NCBI RefSeq assembly: GCF_026210795.1
Contig: NC_089431.1
Location: forward strand, 1,488,001 to 1,552,000
From: Rhizophagus irregularis
Taxonomy: Eukaryota
DNA: 64,000 nucleotides
Reading direction: 5' to 3'
Shown: positions 27,201-40,752 of the stretch, piece by piece
Layout of the letters: each line of letters begins with the position of its first letter
Numbering within the stretch: position 1 is the first letter of the stretch
Position numbers and translations under genes: made by a program
Notes under the pieces: model-generated
Told to the model about the DNA's origin: nothing
Databases searched by the model: none
Seen by the model: the letters and a program-made list of their open reading frames with translations, nothing else

Positions 27201-28734
27201 ATGGACGCCTCAAAAACATTAGTTGTCGATAATGGAACGGGGGTGAGTCAGCTATTATATTTCATTGGCCATACGAAGTAATACATTCCCACAGGACGAA
27301 TAAAATTTTATTGCGAATGTTTCGATATTTAAATATTTTGGACGTCTCAAAAATTCTTTTTTTATTAGTTTGTCAAAGTTGGTTATGCTGGCTCCAATTT
27401 TCCTGATCATGTGTTTCCTTCTGTTGTTGGAAGACCAATTCTTCGTGCAGAAGAAAAAGTTGGGAACGTAGAAGTGAAAGATATCATGGTTGGCGATGAA
27501 GCCGCTAAACTTCGATCAATTTTACAAATGTCATATCCAATGGAAAATGGGATCATAAAGATATGGGAGGATATGAAACATTTATGGGATTATACTTTTC
27601 ATGAAAAATTAAAAGTAGATCCAAAAGATTGCAAGGTTCTGTTGACGGAACCACCAATGAATCCATTAAAGAATAGAAAAGAGATGGTACAAATTATGTT
27701 TGAAGAGTATGGTTTCCAGGGAGTTTATGTTTCTATTCAAGCTGTGCTTACTTTATATGCTCAAGGTAAATTATTTATCATAAGACTGTTTAATAGATTT
27801 AAAATTAAAATTTTGAACGAAAATTCTTTAATTTATTAAACAGGTCTTCTTACTGGAGTAGTAGTTGATTCCGGTGATGGTGTGACACACATTGTTCCAA
27901 TTTATGATGGGTACGCCCAGACACATCAAACACGTCGATTAGATATTGCTGGTCGCGATGTAACGCGTTACCTCATAAAACTACTTTTATTAAGAGGATA
28001 TGCATTCAATAGAACAGCAGACTTCGAAACTGTAAGACAAATGAAGGAGAAACTCTGTTATGTAAGGTAGAGTAAATATCAAGCCATATTATGTTTTTAA
28101 TTTTGTTTAAATTCATGGTTAATCATGAATGTCAAAATAGTTACGATATTCCTTTAGACCAAAAATTGGCAAATGAAACTACAGTTCTGGTAGAAAATTA
28201 CACACTACCTGACGGTCGAGTTATCAAAGTTGGTTCCGAACGATTTGAGGCACCTGAGTGTATGTTCCAGCCTCATTTGATTGATGTAGAAAAACCAGGT
28301 GTTGCAGAAATGCTTTTTGAATCAATTCAAGATGCTGCTATAGATGTTCGTCCTGAACTATATAGACATATTGTTTTGTCTGGGGGTTCATCTATGTATC
28401 CAGGTTTACCAAGTCGTCTTGAAAAAGAACTTAAACAACTGTATTTGGAAAGGGTAGCAAAAGGAGATACTTCAATATTGAAGGTGAGTGTATATTGTGA
28501 TTATTGTATACAATATATTTATTTATACTTAGTTATATTAATTTATTATTTTAATGAAATAATCAGAAACTAAAAATTCGAATTGAAGATCCACCCAGGC
28601 GTAAACATATGGTTTTCCTGGGAGGTGCTGTCCTAGCTAACATTATGAAAGATAAACAATCATGGTGGATTACAAAACAGGAGTGGGAAGAAGAAGGTGT
28701 TAAATCATTAGAAAAATTACATGGTTCATCGTGA
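27201..28734 (+). CDS. ARP2: Actin-related protein 2 (Arp2/3 complex)
   Basis: [66 protein letters not shown]. Confidence 0.97.
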
Positions 28735-29359
28735 AATCATTAGTTATTTTTAATAAAATTAATATTTAACATGTATTAATGGGTTCAAATTGAATTCCTT
28801 ATATTTATAATACAGTATATTTAAAAAATTAAAATTGGCTCAATAAGAATATTTTTTCCAAATAACTTAATTAAACATAAGTTTTTATTTTCTAACAGTT
28901 TGTTTAATAATCAAATTATTCAAATACTTAATAATTTTACTGTATATTTATGTCTCTATATTGATTTAGCCAATTTTCATTGGTTAAATTCTAAATCAGA
29001 TAAGCGAATAAATTCTTAATTTTCCTTTCCTATCATATTAGCAAGTGCTCATATTTATTATTTATTTATTGAGAAAATTTAAATATCAAATTCTAAATTA
29101 GTAATTAAAGCTCATTAATCACCTCTGACCTAAATTGTCTGCTTCCAGCCGGAATTATGAGATCGTGCTTAATTTTGGCTAATCGAGTCAATTAAAATGC
29201 CGAATCGGTCCACCCTACAAAATTTACATTATGGTCGATCGATCACTAATTTTTAGGTCAATTAAGTTCCTACTTAAAAGCCCAATTTACAATTTATTTT
29301 AACCTTTAATACTCTTTTCACTTTCCACTCTCTCACCTCTTTCCTTGGTTCCTTTCAGA

Positions 29360-31222
29360 TGTACCATCTAGAAACCTTTTGAGATATTTCAACAGGCTCA
29401 TTTGATGTTTTGAGATGGGAAGGTTGTTGTTATTTAGATAAGATTCTCTCCTAAAATAGAGGCTATCCGTGCTACTGCCATCCTTTCCCTACGTCCTCAT
29501 TCGTTTCGGAAAGACATTATTCCTCTCTACTTTGTCCTCTTACTATGACGTAAAGAACAGAGAATGATTTAAGCAATTATTCCAAGTTCTATATATCGGA
29601 AAAAATCCTACACCATTAGAGTCTGAGTTCCTAGTCTTCAAACTCAATTTTTGCTAGACTTTGTACTAATGAAACGTATGAAATCTTTAGAGCAAACTTC
29701 ACAAAATTTGAATACATATATATCAAATTTTATGTACAGTACCGATATAAACAAGAGTTAGGAAATCATTTCAAAGGAGGATGCTTTGGTGAATTTCAAG
29801 AAGTTACTGGACGTGGTGGAATTGAGCGATAATAAGGTATTTTATCCTTAATTAGTCATAATCTCTATTTAAAAAGTACTAAGCATCTTTGGCTCTATGT
29901 TTTCATTGATGAATACGATTCTGTATGAACAAAGCCCTTAAAAACGAAATACTCCTCCAAGTTTTCACCAGTCATCACAAAGACGAAGGTGACTCCACTA
30001 AAAGAAAAATTGAATTAATTGAAAGTTCATTAAACAATTCTTCAGTAAAGACTGCTTATGATGAAGACGTAGCTCGTGTTTTTTTAACTGGCGTGACTCC
30101 TGTTGTTTTGGCCGAATTCATCTCAGGTTTAACATTTCAGATGATTTGATGTTAGACGAAGAATTCTGGGACTTGTATGGATTCAAGAAATCGGAAATTG
30201 AGTTTCTTTTGGAAATAATTTATCAGATAATATTAAAGAGGGAATAGTGTCATGGTTAAAGGAAGAAAATGATGGGTATTTTTTTCGCCATAATCAACCT
30301 GAAGAGATTTTCAACACTGCACATATCCTGTACTATGTCAGAAAGTTGATGAAACAAAAGAGTAAATTGGATGATAGTTGGGATCCTTCAGTCATTCTTA
30401 ATATACAGTAACTCTTAATTTCCCCCCTGACCCGCAACAAACATTGCCCTCTCAAAACAACATTGGACTTAATTGTTAACAATTCCCATTATTGAAGCAC
30501 TCAATCAATGCCCTCTCAATTCTACAAATGGCATAAAACAACGATTTGACTCACCAATATTCGCGAGTTACGGAGTTAGCAACTGATCGTACCCGTTATT
30601 ATCATTCATGTTCTATACTGGAGCCATTACATATCAACCAAACCCATTACCGCATTATTACAACACAATTTTTGAACACCAAATCGTATTGCCAAGAGGG
30701 AATTTATCACAGAGGCACTTATGATCTATGACAGGAAAAAGGTGGATTTAATACCTGTACGGAATTGTTTGCAGATTTTGGAGACAGAATATAATATTGA
30801 ACCTCTTTGCCAATCTATAGGGAAGGTTTTACTAAAGCCATTAAAGGACAATGTGTTAAGCATTCAAACGAAGAGGCGTTGAAACAAGCTCTTATGACAA
30901 AATGATAGTAAACGAATTTGATAAAATCAAGATGGAGAATGTTAAATTGGACGGAGCTCAAGGTAGTTGGCAGGAAGCAACTGATTTTTCACGATCATTG
31001 TTGGAAAAATCGGAGAATGAAATTTTAAGCCTTGAAATTAGTGATCGATACCGGAAAAATCAAAAAACAGTTCGTAAAGCTTTGGAATGGAAGATTAAAA
31101 AGAAAAGCAATGAGTATTTAGATTCATCAAAAAAACATGATGCAGAGTTGAGCTGTATGTTTATTGTATTGAGAGTAGGTTTGCATCGTCTAATTAGGAA
31201 GACTTATTGTGTTGATGAATGA
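29360..31222 (+). pseudogene. Decayed AAA-ATPase-like (PF09820-type) gene
   Basis: Fragments YLDK, RP.RFGKTLFLSTL (Walker A with frameshift), in-frame TGA, LYVFIDEYD (Walker B), RVFLTGVTP, LYGFKKSEI, DGYFF; many stops and frameshifts; boundaries approximate. Confidence 0.85.
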
Positions 31223-31677
31223 TTTGTAGATATTAAACACAGGATTACAAAATAAAGTTTCGCCCACAATTTGGGCTAATTATTTTTTAATTTTGTGTAT
31301 GCGTGTGTAGTGTGGGATGTATAATTCGTGTATCATCAGAAAAATAAAACTATATTAACAAGTATGTAAAAAGTTATTATCGTGCAATTACTATATACTT
31401 TATTGCTTAATTATCAATCATGCCGATTTATTGAGAGTTGAGGATCTTGGGGCTGAGATAGAAATTTTATCCGATCCTGAGAGGCTCCTCTTCGATGCGC
31501 TCTCTATGCTAATTGTGATAACAGATAACAATATACATATACGGCAAGTACTTGCCAATCAGAATCTATAACGTTATTATCGTGTGACATTATAATATGA
31601 ACCAATTAAAAATATTGTTTACATAAATTACACTGTATAAAAACTTCGTTTTTTAAATCGAAAATATTACTTAAAAA

Positions 31678-33218
31678 ATGCTGAATTTGAGGGTAAATAT
31701 AGATCTCTAGTTTCGCTTGTTTTTTTCATTCGATTCTTTACTTACACACTGGGATTCTACTCTAGATAGCGTTTATTAATATACCTCCAACAGTTAAAGT
31801 AATTACATTAATAATTATTATTCTGTCAGGACTCGGAACAATACAAAGAATAAAACAATGGCAAGACAATGGAGGGGAAAATGAAGGAAAAGAACCTACT
31901 CTTCCTTCCAATATTTTACCTGACATGGCACTGGTACCAGGATACGCGCTTCGGAAATTTTGGACGTTTTTAACAGCAGGATTCCTAGAAACTAATTTAT
32001 CGGGAGTAAGTACTATAAATATATATATATATTATTTATTTCTTAAAAGAAAAGATTTAATAATATAAATAAATACAATTTAAAATAGTTTGTAGGAAGT
32101 ATTCTTATAATACTAGTGAATGGAAAATATTTAGAAAGAGCATGGGGATCAAGAGATTTTTTAAAGTTTATAGGTATCGTTATAATTGGAGCTAATATAT
32201 GTGCTTTTTTAACATATTTATGTGAATATACTATCACAGGGGATACATTTTACTTGTAAGTTCGTTCATATTTACTAAATTTTTAATTTTTAGTTATTTC
32301 TTACGCGTTAATCTCTTTTTTATTTTATTATTTAGATATGATGTACAAGTAAATGGAATGATTGGATTAATTGGTGGATTTTTAGTAGGGTTAAAACAAC
32401 TAATACCGGAACATTTAGTTAGACTGACATTTTGTAGAGTAAAACATATACCAAGTTTATTTTTATTATTAAGTTTCGTTTGTTTTGTATTATTTGAATC
32501 ACAATCACAATTTCTTTTAGTACTTTATGGTAGTTTTATTTCTTGGATTCATTTAAGATTTTATAAATATCAAGATGGTTTACGTGGAGATCGTAGTGAG
32601 ACTTTTTCTTTTGCCAGTTTCTTCCCTGAATTTATTCAGTTGAGTATTTTTTTTACTCGTCTTTTTTTTTTAAAAAAAAATTAATTGCTAATTTAAATTT
32701 GTTCCCGTTTTTTTTTAAAAAAAACTTACATAGACCTGCCATCAAACTTATTTCTACTATGGTATTTAATATTTTAGTAATGTTAAAATGTTGTAAACCA
32801 ATACAGAAAAGGAGATTTGCTATGGATTTAGAAAGCCTTCCAACAAGTTTAGCACCTGCTATGCCAGGTAGTGCAAGAGCCGAAGCCGAAAGAAGAAGGT
32901 AAATTAGTCACACAATTAGTTACACGTATTGCTTATTGCTTATAATTTTCATAATTTCTAATGTTTTCTTACGCGTAAATTTTTTAATTTGATAGAGCAT
33001 TAGCATTAAAAGCATTGGATGCAAGATTACACAATAAGCCAAACTATTATCCAACATCACCACCACCATTTACAACATCACCATCATCATATACTACTAT
33101 TTCGCCACCAAATTCTTCTACTAATTTTAATAATAACACAGACAAAAATTCTTCAGATAATAAATCAACAAATAATATTTTATTTGATGCGAAAGATCAT
33201 TTGAAACAAGATTCATAA
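31678..33218 (+). CDS. TMEM115/DUF1751 rhomboid-like Golgi membrane protein
   Basis: LVPGYALRKFWTFLTAGFLE, GKYLERAWGSRDFLKF, FLVGLKQLIPEH, RGDRSETFSFASFFP, RAEAERRRALALKALDARL. Confidence 0.9.
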
Positions 33219-33531
33219 AAAAGATAATTTTTAAAAAAAATTTAAATTTGATTTACTACTAAAATAATATATCTACACATCTGCAAACAAAAACATTTAA
33301 CATTATTCAATTTTATAAAAAAATATATATACATCCTTTCTTTTAATAATAATCTAAGTATACATTATATACTGATTTGGATGGGAAAAGAGTAACGAAC
33401 TGATGTATATACCCTTTATATCCTTTAGGAAATAATATAACAATTTTATATAATTTTATAATAATCAATAATTTATTTCATTATTTTGGATCTCAATAAA
33501 AGTTTATCATTTTATTAATTAAATCTATAAG

Positions 33532-34603
33532 TTAATTGTCAAATGAAAATTGGTTTAATAATGTAGGTAAAGCTCCACTATTTTGTCTAATAGGTGGCAA
33601 TTTTGGTGGCTTATCCAAAGTAGATAAGGTTTCCTTATAATTATGTTCTAAACTAATATTATTAAAATTATTATTTAATTCTTCAATGTTTCCAAAATTA
33701 TTATTGCTAGTACTAATATATGCAGATGTTTTTGTTTCTTTATCATCAAGTAAAATAAGATTGTCAACAGGGACCAAATAAGATGTAATTACATTTGAAT
33801 CATCTACATTTGTTGTTTTTGTAGTTGCAGTATTATTCTCAACTTCTACTTTTGTCTTTGTTAAATTATTCTTTTCATTTAAAGATAAGTCACTTGTATT
33901 TTGAGGTTGTCCATAAAAATGAGAAATATCATCATAATCTTGTTGAAAATAATGTTGTTGATCATTATTTAAAATAAATGGAGAAGAAATTGGTATAGAA
34001 GGTAATGGCGGTGATAATTTATTTAATACATGCGTTGCACGTTTACGTATATCCTCATCTTTAATTGTATCCAATATACGATTAATTAATGGTAAACATG
34101 GTAATAATTTTGAATGTGACATAGAAGGAACTGTAATAATTTTAATAAAGAAACAAAAAATAATAAGAATAAATATACACTTATTTAATACTTTTATTTT
34201 ATATTTTACCTTCAGTTGATAAATTATCTAACGCTCTAACAATATGTCTTTGAATTTCTACATCAGCAACAGGTGAATCTCCAATAGCAATAAGTGTAGG
34301 GACAATACTACCGAAGAATTCTTCTAATTGTTGATCATTATTATCTTGTTCTTGTTCTGCTTCTTGTTCCGCTACTTTTTCTGCTTCTTCATCTGTTGCT
34401 TCTTTTTCATTAGTCATTGGATAAAATAACATACGTGTCTTATTCTCCTCTTTCGAAAACAAAAAAAAACGTCAATATAAAACTTAAACAATGTAAAAGA
34501 CACAATAATTTTTTTACCATATAGCGCAAAATTTGCCAACAATCGTGCTACATGTCTATTTATATAAAAGAATTAATTAGTAAAATTTTAGTAGCTTTAT
34601 AAT

Positions 34604-34634
<31 letters not shown>

Positions 34635-36806
34635 TAAACATCATTTTTTTTTTACTATTTACCTCTGAATTTCTTTATCCGAAATAAAATAACTAACAAC
34701 TTGACATAAATTTGACAATAAAGATGGCTGACTAATTAAAAGTTGTTGTGATTCAGCTAAATATATTTCAAAAGAAGTAAATATCCTTATTTAATCATTA
34801 AATATCACAAAAAAAAGAGGCTTATCAAATTACCATTCGTTGCCAGATTAGCCTTTAAAAAACGTTGGATTAATAACTTACAAAAAAAAAATCACAAAAA
34901 AAATTTTTACAAACTTACCATTGCACAACACGCATGAGATATTGTAACTTGATTGGCTTTTGCTAAATTTTCGTCAACAAGTTCAATAACAGAAGTTAAT
35001 ACCTTAACTCTACCATCTTTGATTAAAGCAGATTTATACTTATCTAAGAAATTGTTTTTTAAAAAAAGTTAATATTTGTAACATATTTTCCTATAAATAA
35101 ATAAAATTTACCGTTTCTTAGTGATAAATATGCTATAGATTTGGCAGCATATTTACGAACTTCATATGTGCTAGAATGTAACAAATCCATCAATTTGTCT
35201 AATCCAATTCTAGGATTTTCAAATATTAATAGCTGATGTGATGCTAAAGAATTTATTAAAGTCAATAAATTATATATATATATATATATATATTAAAAAG
35301 TTACTTACGATTAGTTGCCAAACATGAAATAGTTTTTGCAGCTAAACCTTTTGCTAATTCAACACGTAAATGCATTTCTTCATAAGTTAAAAGTATATCC
35401 TCATCTGAGGTTTCATCTTCTGCTAAATTTCCTAATTGAAAACTTGCTAATTTCATTATTGCTTCCAATGATCCAACATCTATTACCATTCTTTGACATA
35501 GAGACCCTATTAAATATATATACACACATTTTTTTCCAAATAAATAAATATATATATACACACTTTTTTTTTCAAAATAAATAAATAAAAGTAAAAAAAT
35601 GTGGAATTTTTGTGATATTTAAATATTATACTCTACCCGAAATCGATAATGAATAAAGGATATTTCCAATATTTAAAATAATAGTAGAAGCAGAGTCTAA
35701 AAATTTTGCTGTATATGAAGGATCAGATGATGAAGCATCTGAATTTATCTTACTATAATAAAATAATATTAAATTATACAAATAAGGAATCCCTCCTTTC
35801 ATAATAATATAAGGTTTAAATGATTCTAAATTTAAAGAAAGGTTTTTTTTTTATTAAAAAAGAAAAAGTTAAGATAAAAAAAAAAAGGTTGAATAAATTA
35901 AACTTATTTACCATAACCTGAAAGATTAGTTAATGCTGTTGTCCCTAATTGATGTAAGTCATTTGTATGTGATGCTCTACATAAGTAAACTAATGCATCT
36001 AATCCACCATAAGTAATGAAATTAGACAATTCATGTTCTAAAATATATATATATATATATAAGTTTCTCAAAAAAAAATATTACTCAATTAAATGCGTAT
36101 AAATCATTCACCATTTCCACGTTCCACGATATCTAGTAACCCTCTTGCACCATGTATCTAGTATTAAAAAAATTGAATCTTCTTTGTTTAAAGTTTTTTT
36201 TACAATAACAACAATCCATAATATTCATTAAAATAAATGAAAAATTAATGTACTTGAGTAGATGGTTCATCAGAAATTATATATCCAACAAGATAAGCAA
36301 TTTCAAAACATTCGTTACAAATTCTTTCAGGTGTTATATAACCAAACTGGGGCAATGAAATTTTTCTTGATGTACATTCTTGACAAAAAATATTTCCACT
36401 TTAAAAGAAGAAATTTTTATTAAAATACTTTATTTATAACAAATCAATATCAGCTAATCTTAAAAGGACTTTAGCTTACCATTGACGACAATGATGCTGG
36501 ATCACAAAAAAAAAAAGAAATTTTATTAGATCAAGATAAATTTTCAAATAAGAAATAATTTTTTTTTACATATTCCACTAAGTATTCATTAAATAAACAT
36601 GATAAATCCACTCTAAAATTTTTTGTTTAACCGACCTTCCTTCTAATAGCAGTAAACCCAATTTCACAACCTTTACAATTTTTAACAGTTTCATCATCAA
36701 CCCAAACGGGTCTAACTAATAAAAATCCATCTAATAATTCACTTTGAGATAATGAATCATTTCTTGAATGAGAACTTGAAAGAGAAGAAAGAGGATTATT
36801 ATCCAT
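33532..36806 (-). CDS. FYVE zinc finger plus armadillo-repeat protein
   Basis: Spliced WVDDETVKNCKGCEIGFTAIRRK|HHCRQC|GNIFCQEC...RICNEC (complete FYVE) followed by ARM-like repeats (LGTTALTNLS, VRKYAAKSIAYLS, IVRALDNLS); about 14 exons. Confidence 0.85.
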
Positions 36807-38493
36807 TTTTTGTATGTATTTATTATACTATATTATTTATTTAGCCAAAAAAGGATGCAGTAAATAAGAAAGATCAAAATATATATGAAATGTAGATTTA
36901 AATTTAAAAAGCGAAAAAAAAAGAAAGTTTAAGGAGAAAAAAGTTATCAAGATATTTTTATAATATTTATGTTCGAATATGTCAAAAAAAAAAAACGATT
37001 AATTTTAAACCAATAAAAATTGTTACATTACAGTCTGAACTCTGAAGTCTGAACTCATGGAACACAGACAATGCAAACAATGCATAAGCGGAATATGAAA
37101 TTAATACTGTAACTAATCACTATAGGCCGTTGCATAAGAGCCGTGCGCACGTGCAATTACCTTCAAATATTTCAATATAGAAGTTAAAGGAAGGTATGAT
37201 GTCAATAGGCAACTATTCAAGGCTTAATTTGGTGAACAAATCGATTTATGCTTATTTTTATAATTAGGGATAAATTTATAAATATATGTTGAAACTAATA
37301 TCGCAAGTAAAAACTCATTTAGTTGATTCACGTTTCATAATCTAGCATAAAAATATATTTAAGAATATTTAAGGTAGATCGCAATAAGAATATGAAATCT
37401 ATTCAAAGAACATCGTTTAGTATTCACATGTCTAATTATTGAAAAAAAAAAAAAAATTTCAATCGGAGATAACAATCAAACAAAAAATTTACTATAATTA
37501 TACTAGTATATTATTATTAATGCACTTATATATTAAGTAATAGTCATCATTGCCAGAACTTTCGTAAGAGAAGCTTATTTTGGTTTCATATATCCAAAAT
37601 TACAACAAATAAAACTCGTCGATGAAAAATAATGCATTAAATAGCACCACTTCTGTATTAACTTAATTCCGTTACAATATCTCGCATGGGTTTACTAACC
37701 AAATTTTAATAAGTGAAGTGATATCAGAAGACGTAATCACGTACAATATGGGGGGATTCTGCAGCAAATTTATCCTTTTAGTACTTAGTCTATCAAATGC
37801 GGTAAAAATACTTTTTGTGGGGAAAAAATTACGGAGAACTATCTTTATCATCGGTTGATTATTTAAGTTTTTCCAGATATGGTTATTACTAAAATTATGT
37901 AATTACGATCATATCCTTATCTATATTTAGACAAACTATACCTTATTCATTGACAATCATTGTTTTTAAAAAAATTGATGTAATAGAAAAAAAGTCATGT
38001 ACTGCGCCTAGTATATAATAGATTTTATATTAATAAATGTCCTTTATTTATCAAACATATACATAACTAATTACACTACTTACTAATTAACTTATTTTTT
38101 TTCATATTGAATTGAAAAAAAGAAAAAAAAAATATATAAAAAAATTGCTACAAAATTTGTACTAAAATAACTATTAACTACTACTAATTGCTAATTTATT
38201 GCAATTGAAAAAAACTATTAGTATTATATTTGTAATTTCCCACCCAACCAACCAGTACTTTTTACCATAGGTACATATGCAAAATAACTTCCATTTCTCT
38301 TAAGGAAATCTACCTTACATGTTTGTTGGCTTTCCATATCATAACGAATATAATAGGTAAAATGAACTAAAAAACTGATTTAATCGCTACGATCATAAAT
38401 TATTTGTGAAAGATCATTCTCCTCTTATCTTTATTCTTTACATATTCTGATTAATGGAAAAAAAAAGTATATTATTGGGTACAATTTAAAAGA

Positions 38494-40719
38494 TTAATCT
38501 AATTCTGACCTGGGCGATTGTGTCACGCTTCCACTAGCACTTTGTTCGGATTTTCGCCTCTCTCTTATTTGTTCTGAATGCGACGATGTCGGTGAAGAGT
38601 CATCTCTTCCAGGTGTAGGCGGTGCAGTTTTAGGTCGCTTACTAGCAGGATCATCCCGATTGTCAATATCATTTTCTCCACCTTTTGGTGTTGGTGAATA
38701 AGATCTCTTTTGTCCTGCGGATGATGTACCACTTTCATTAATACTAATTATATCCGCAGGTGTATCATCATAATCCTCATCAACTTGGCGTGTTGCATTA
38801 CTTCTTATTGATGGTAATATTGGTTTATTAAGATCATTTTCGCGAGGACTAGATGGACTATTTGTATCTATGATACGCGGTAAAGTTGGTTGTTCACTAG
38901 GAGAATGCGAACTTTGTTGTTGCTGTTGTTCCTCTGGGAACGGAGGTTTTACCAATTCTGAAGGTCCTCGATTAGAATGTTGATCGGTTGAAGATTTACG
39001 TTGATTTTCACCAGATTCGCTGAAAGTTGGACTACCATAAGAGTTTTCTCTAACAGGAGATTCTAAGTTAACTGTTGTAGGTGGACGTTGTTCTTGTGAA
39101 GGTCCTTCAGGGGATTTGATCTCTGATGATAAAATAGGACGTCTATGTTCTTCTTGACGGAAAGAAAATGGTGGCATTCCTTTGTCTTCAACTGAGCCAC
39201 CAATTCTATTATCATGTTGGTTAATTTGATGTGGAGTATTCAAGATAGAAACTCTTGAACCGTGATCAAGGCTATTTGAGACTGGAGGTTCCTCGGGTTT
39301 AGACGGAGATTCTCGATACTCAAGGTGAGGTAGATGTGTAGAATGAGGTTCGTGGTTCGATGATAATTGTTCCGAAGTATGTTTAATCTTATTAGGATCA
39401 TACATATCAGAATCACGACGATCAACAATCGGAGGAGAATGATGTGAAATTTCATGATGAGATTGTTGATGATAACCTGAGTGTTGCGAGTTACCGTGTT
39501 CACTTGCTCCCATTCTTGGTGAAGTAGGGTAAGTAGGACGTAATGGAGGAGGAGAATATCTTGAACGTCTTTCATCTTGAATTTGAGGAAGCGTCGGAGG
39601 TGGTGATGATTGACGTTTATCTGAACGTGGTTGTTGAGATTGATGTGGAGCTAAAGATCTTGGATCAGTTGGAGACATAATAGAATTATTAATAGGATGT
39701 TGTTGATTTGGAGGAGTAGGTGGTCTTGGTTCGCGAAGATGAGGTTGAGCATAAGATCCTGAGGGACCTGGACTTCTTCTTGACATTGGCATTGGAGCTG
39801 ACATGGGAGGTAAATCACTCCTTTGCATTTGCAAATCACCTCTCGACATTGGGGGTAAGTCACGATGATTACTATCTCCATGATGAAGAGCTGATAATGA
39901 AATGGGGATTTGTGGATGATTTTGTCTACTATCATGTCTACTTCCATACGTTGGCATACCAGGAGGTCCTTGTGGTCCAGGAGTTGGTTGAGCAAAAGTT
40001 GGAGGATTACCAAGCATTGGTGGAGGACCATTTAGTTGTTGATAAGATTGAGGATTAACATCCTGAGGAATTGGTGCGGTAGTTTGTCCTCCTTGAACTT
40101 GTTGGGTTCTTAACATTTGCAACCTTTGCTTTATATGAGGATTTGTAGGATCCAATTCAGCTGCACGTTGATAGGCATCCAACGCGTCATTGATTTGATT
40201 GTTACAAGATTCATACAGTGTCCCTAGATCATACCAAACTTCACTAATAAATGGATTCAACCGAATTGCTCTACTATAAGCATCCAAGGCATCCCGAAAC
40301 TGTTGAAAAACAAGATTTTAGTTGATCAAATAAATATCTATAAATCTATAAATATTACATATTTTTAAATAAATACCTGATTTATTTGATAATAAAGGAC
40401 ACCAATAGAACACCAAAACGTAGGATTACGTGAATCGCGATAGCTATTTTGAAATATTAAAATATTAAAGAAAAAAGAAAGAAAGAAAAAGTTAAAAAAA
40501 TTCAAATATTTTAGTAATGTGAGAATTAAAGAAATACTTACACAGCTTGTTGATATGCTTCATAAGCCTTGTTATATTTTTGTTGTGCCATATAACAACG
40601 TCCAAGAAGATACCAAGACTGCGCATCGGTCCCATCTAAAATTTAAAGAAATCACAATTTAATAATAAATTTTTCGTTTTTTTTTAAAAGTAATATATAT
40701 ATATATATATATGTATGTG

Positions 40720-40752
<33 letters not shown>

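Noticed and set aside
31445..31482. SECIS-like UGA/GA core in the intergenic hairpin
   Set aside because: Upper helix is too short, and the upstream TGA codons belong to a frameshifted pseudogene, not a selenoprotein
39240..40058. Several 110-126 aa ORFs inside SSN6
   Set aside because: Alternative-frame shadows of the Pro/Gln-rich coding exon with no recognisable motifs
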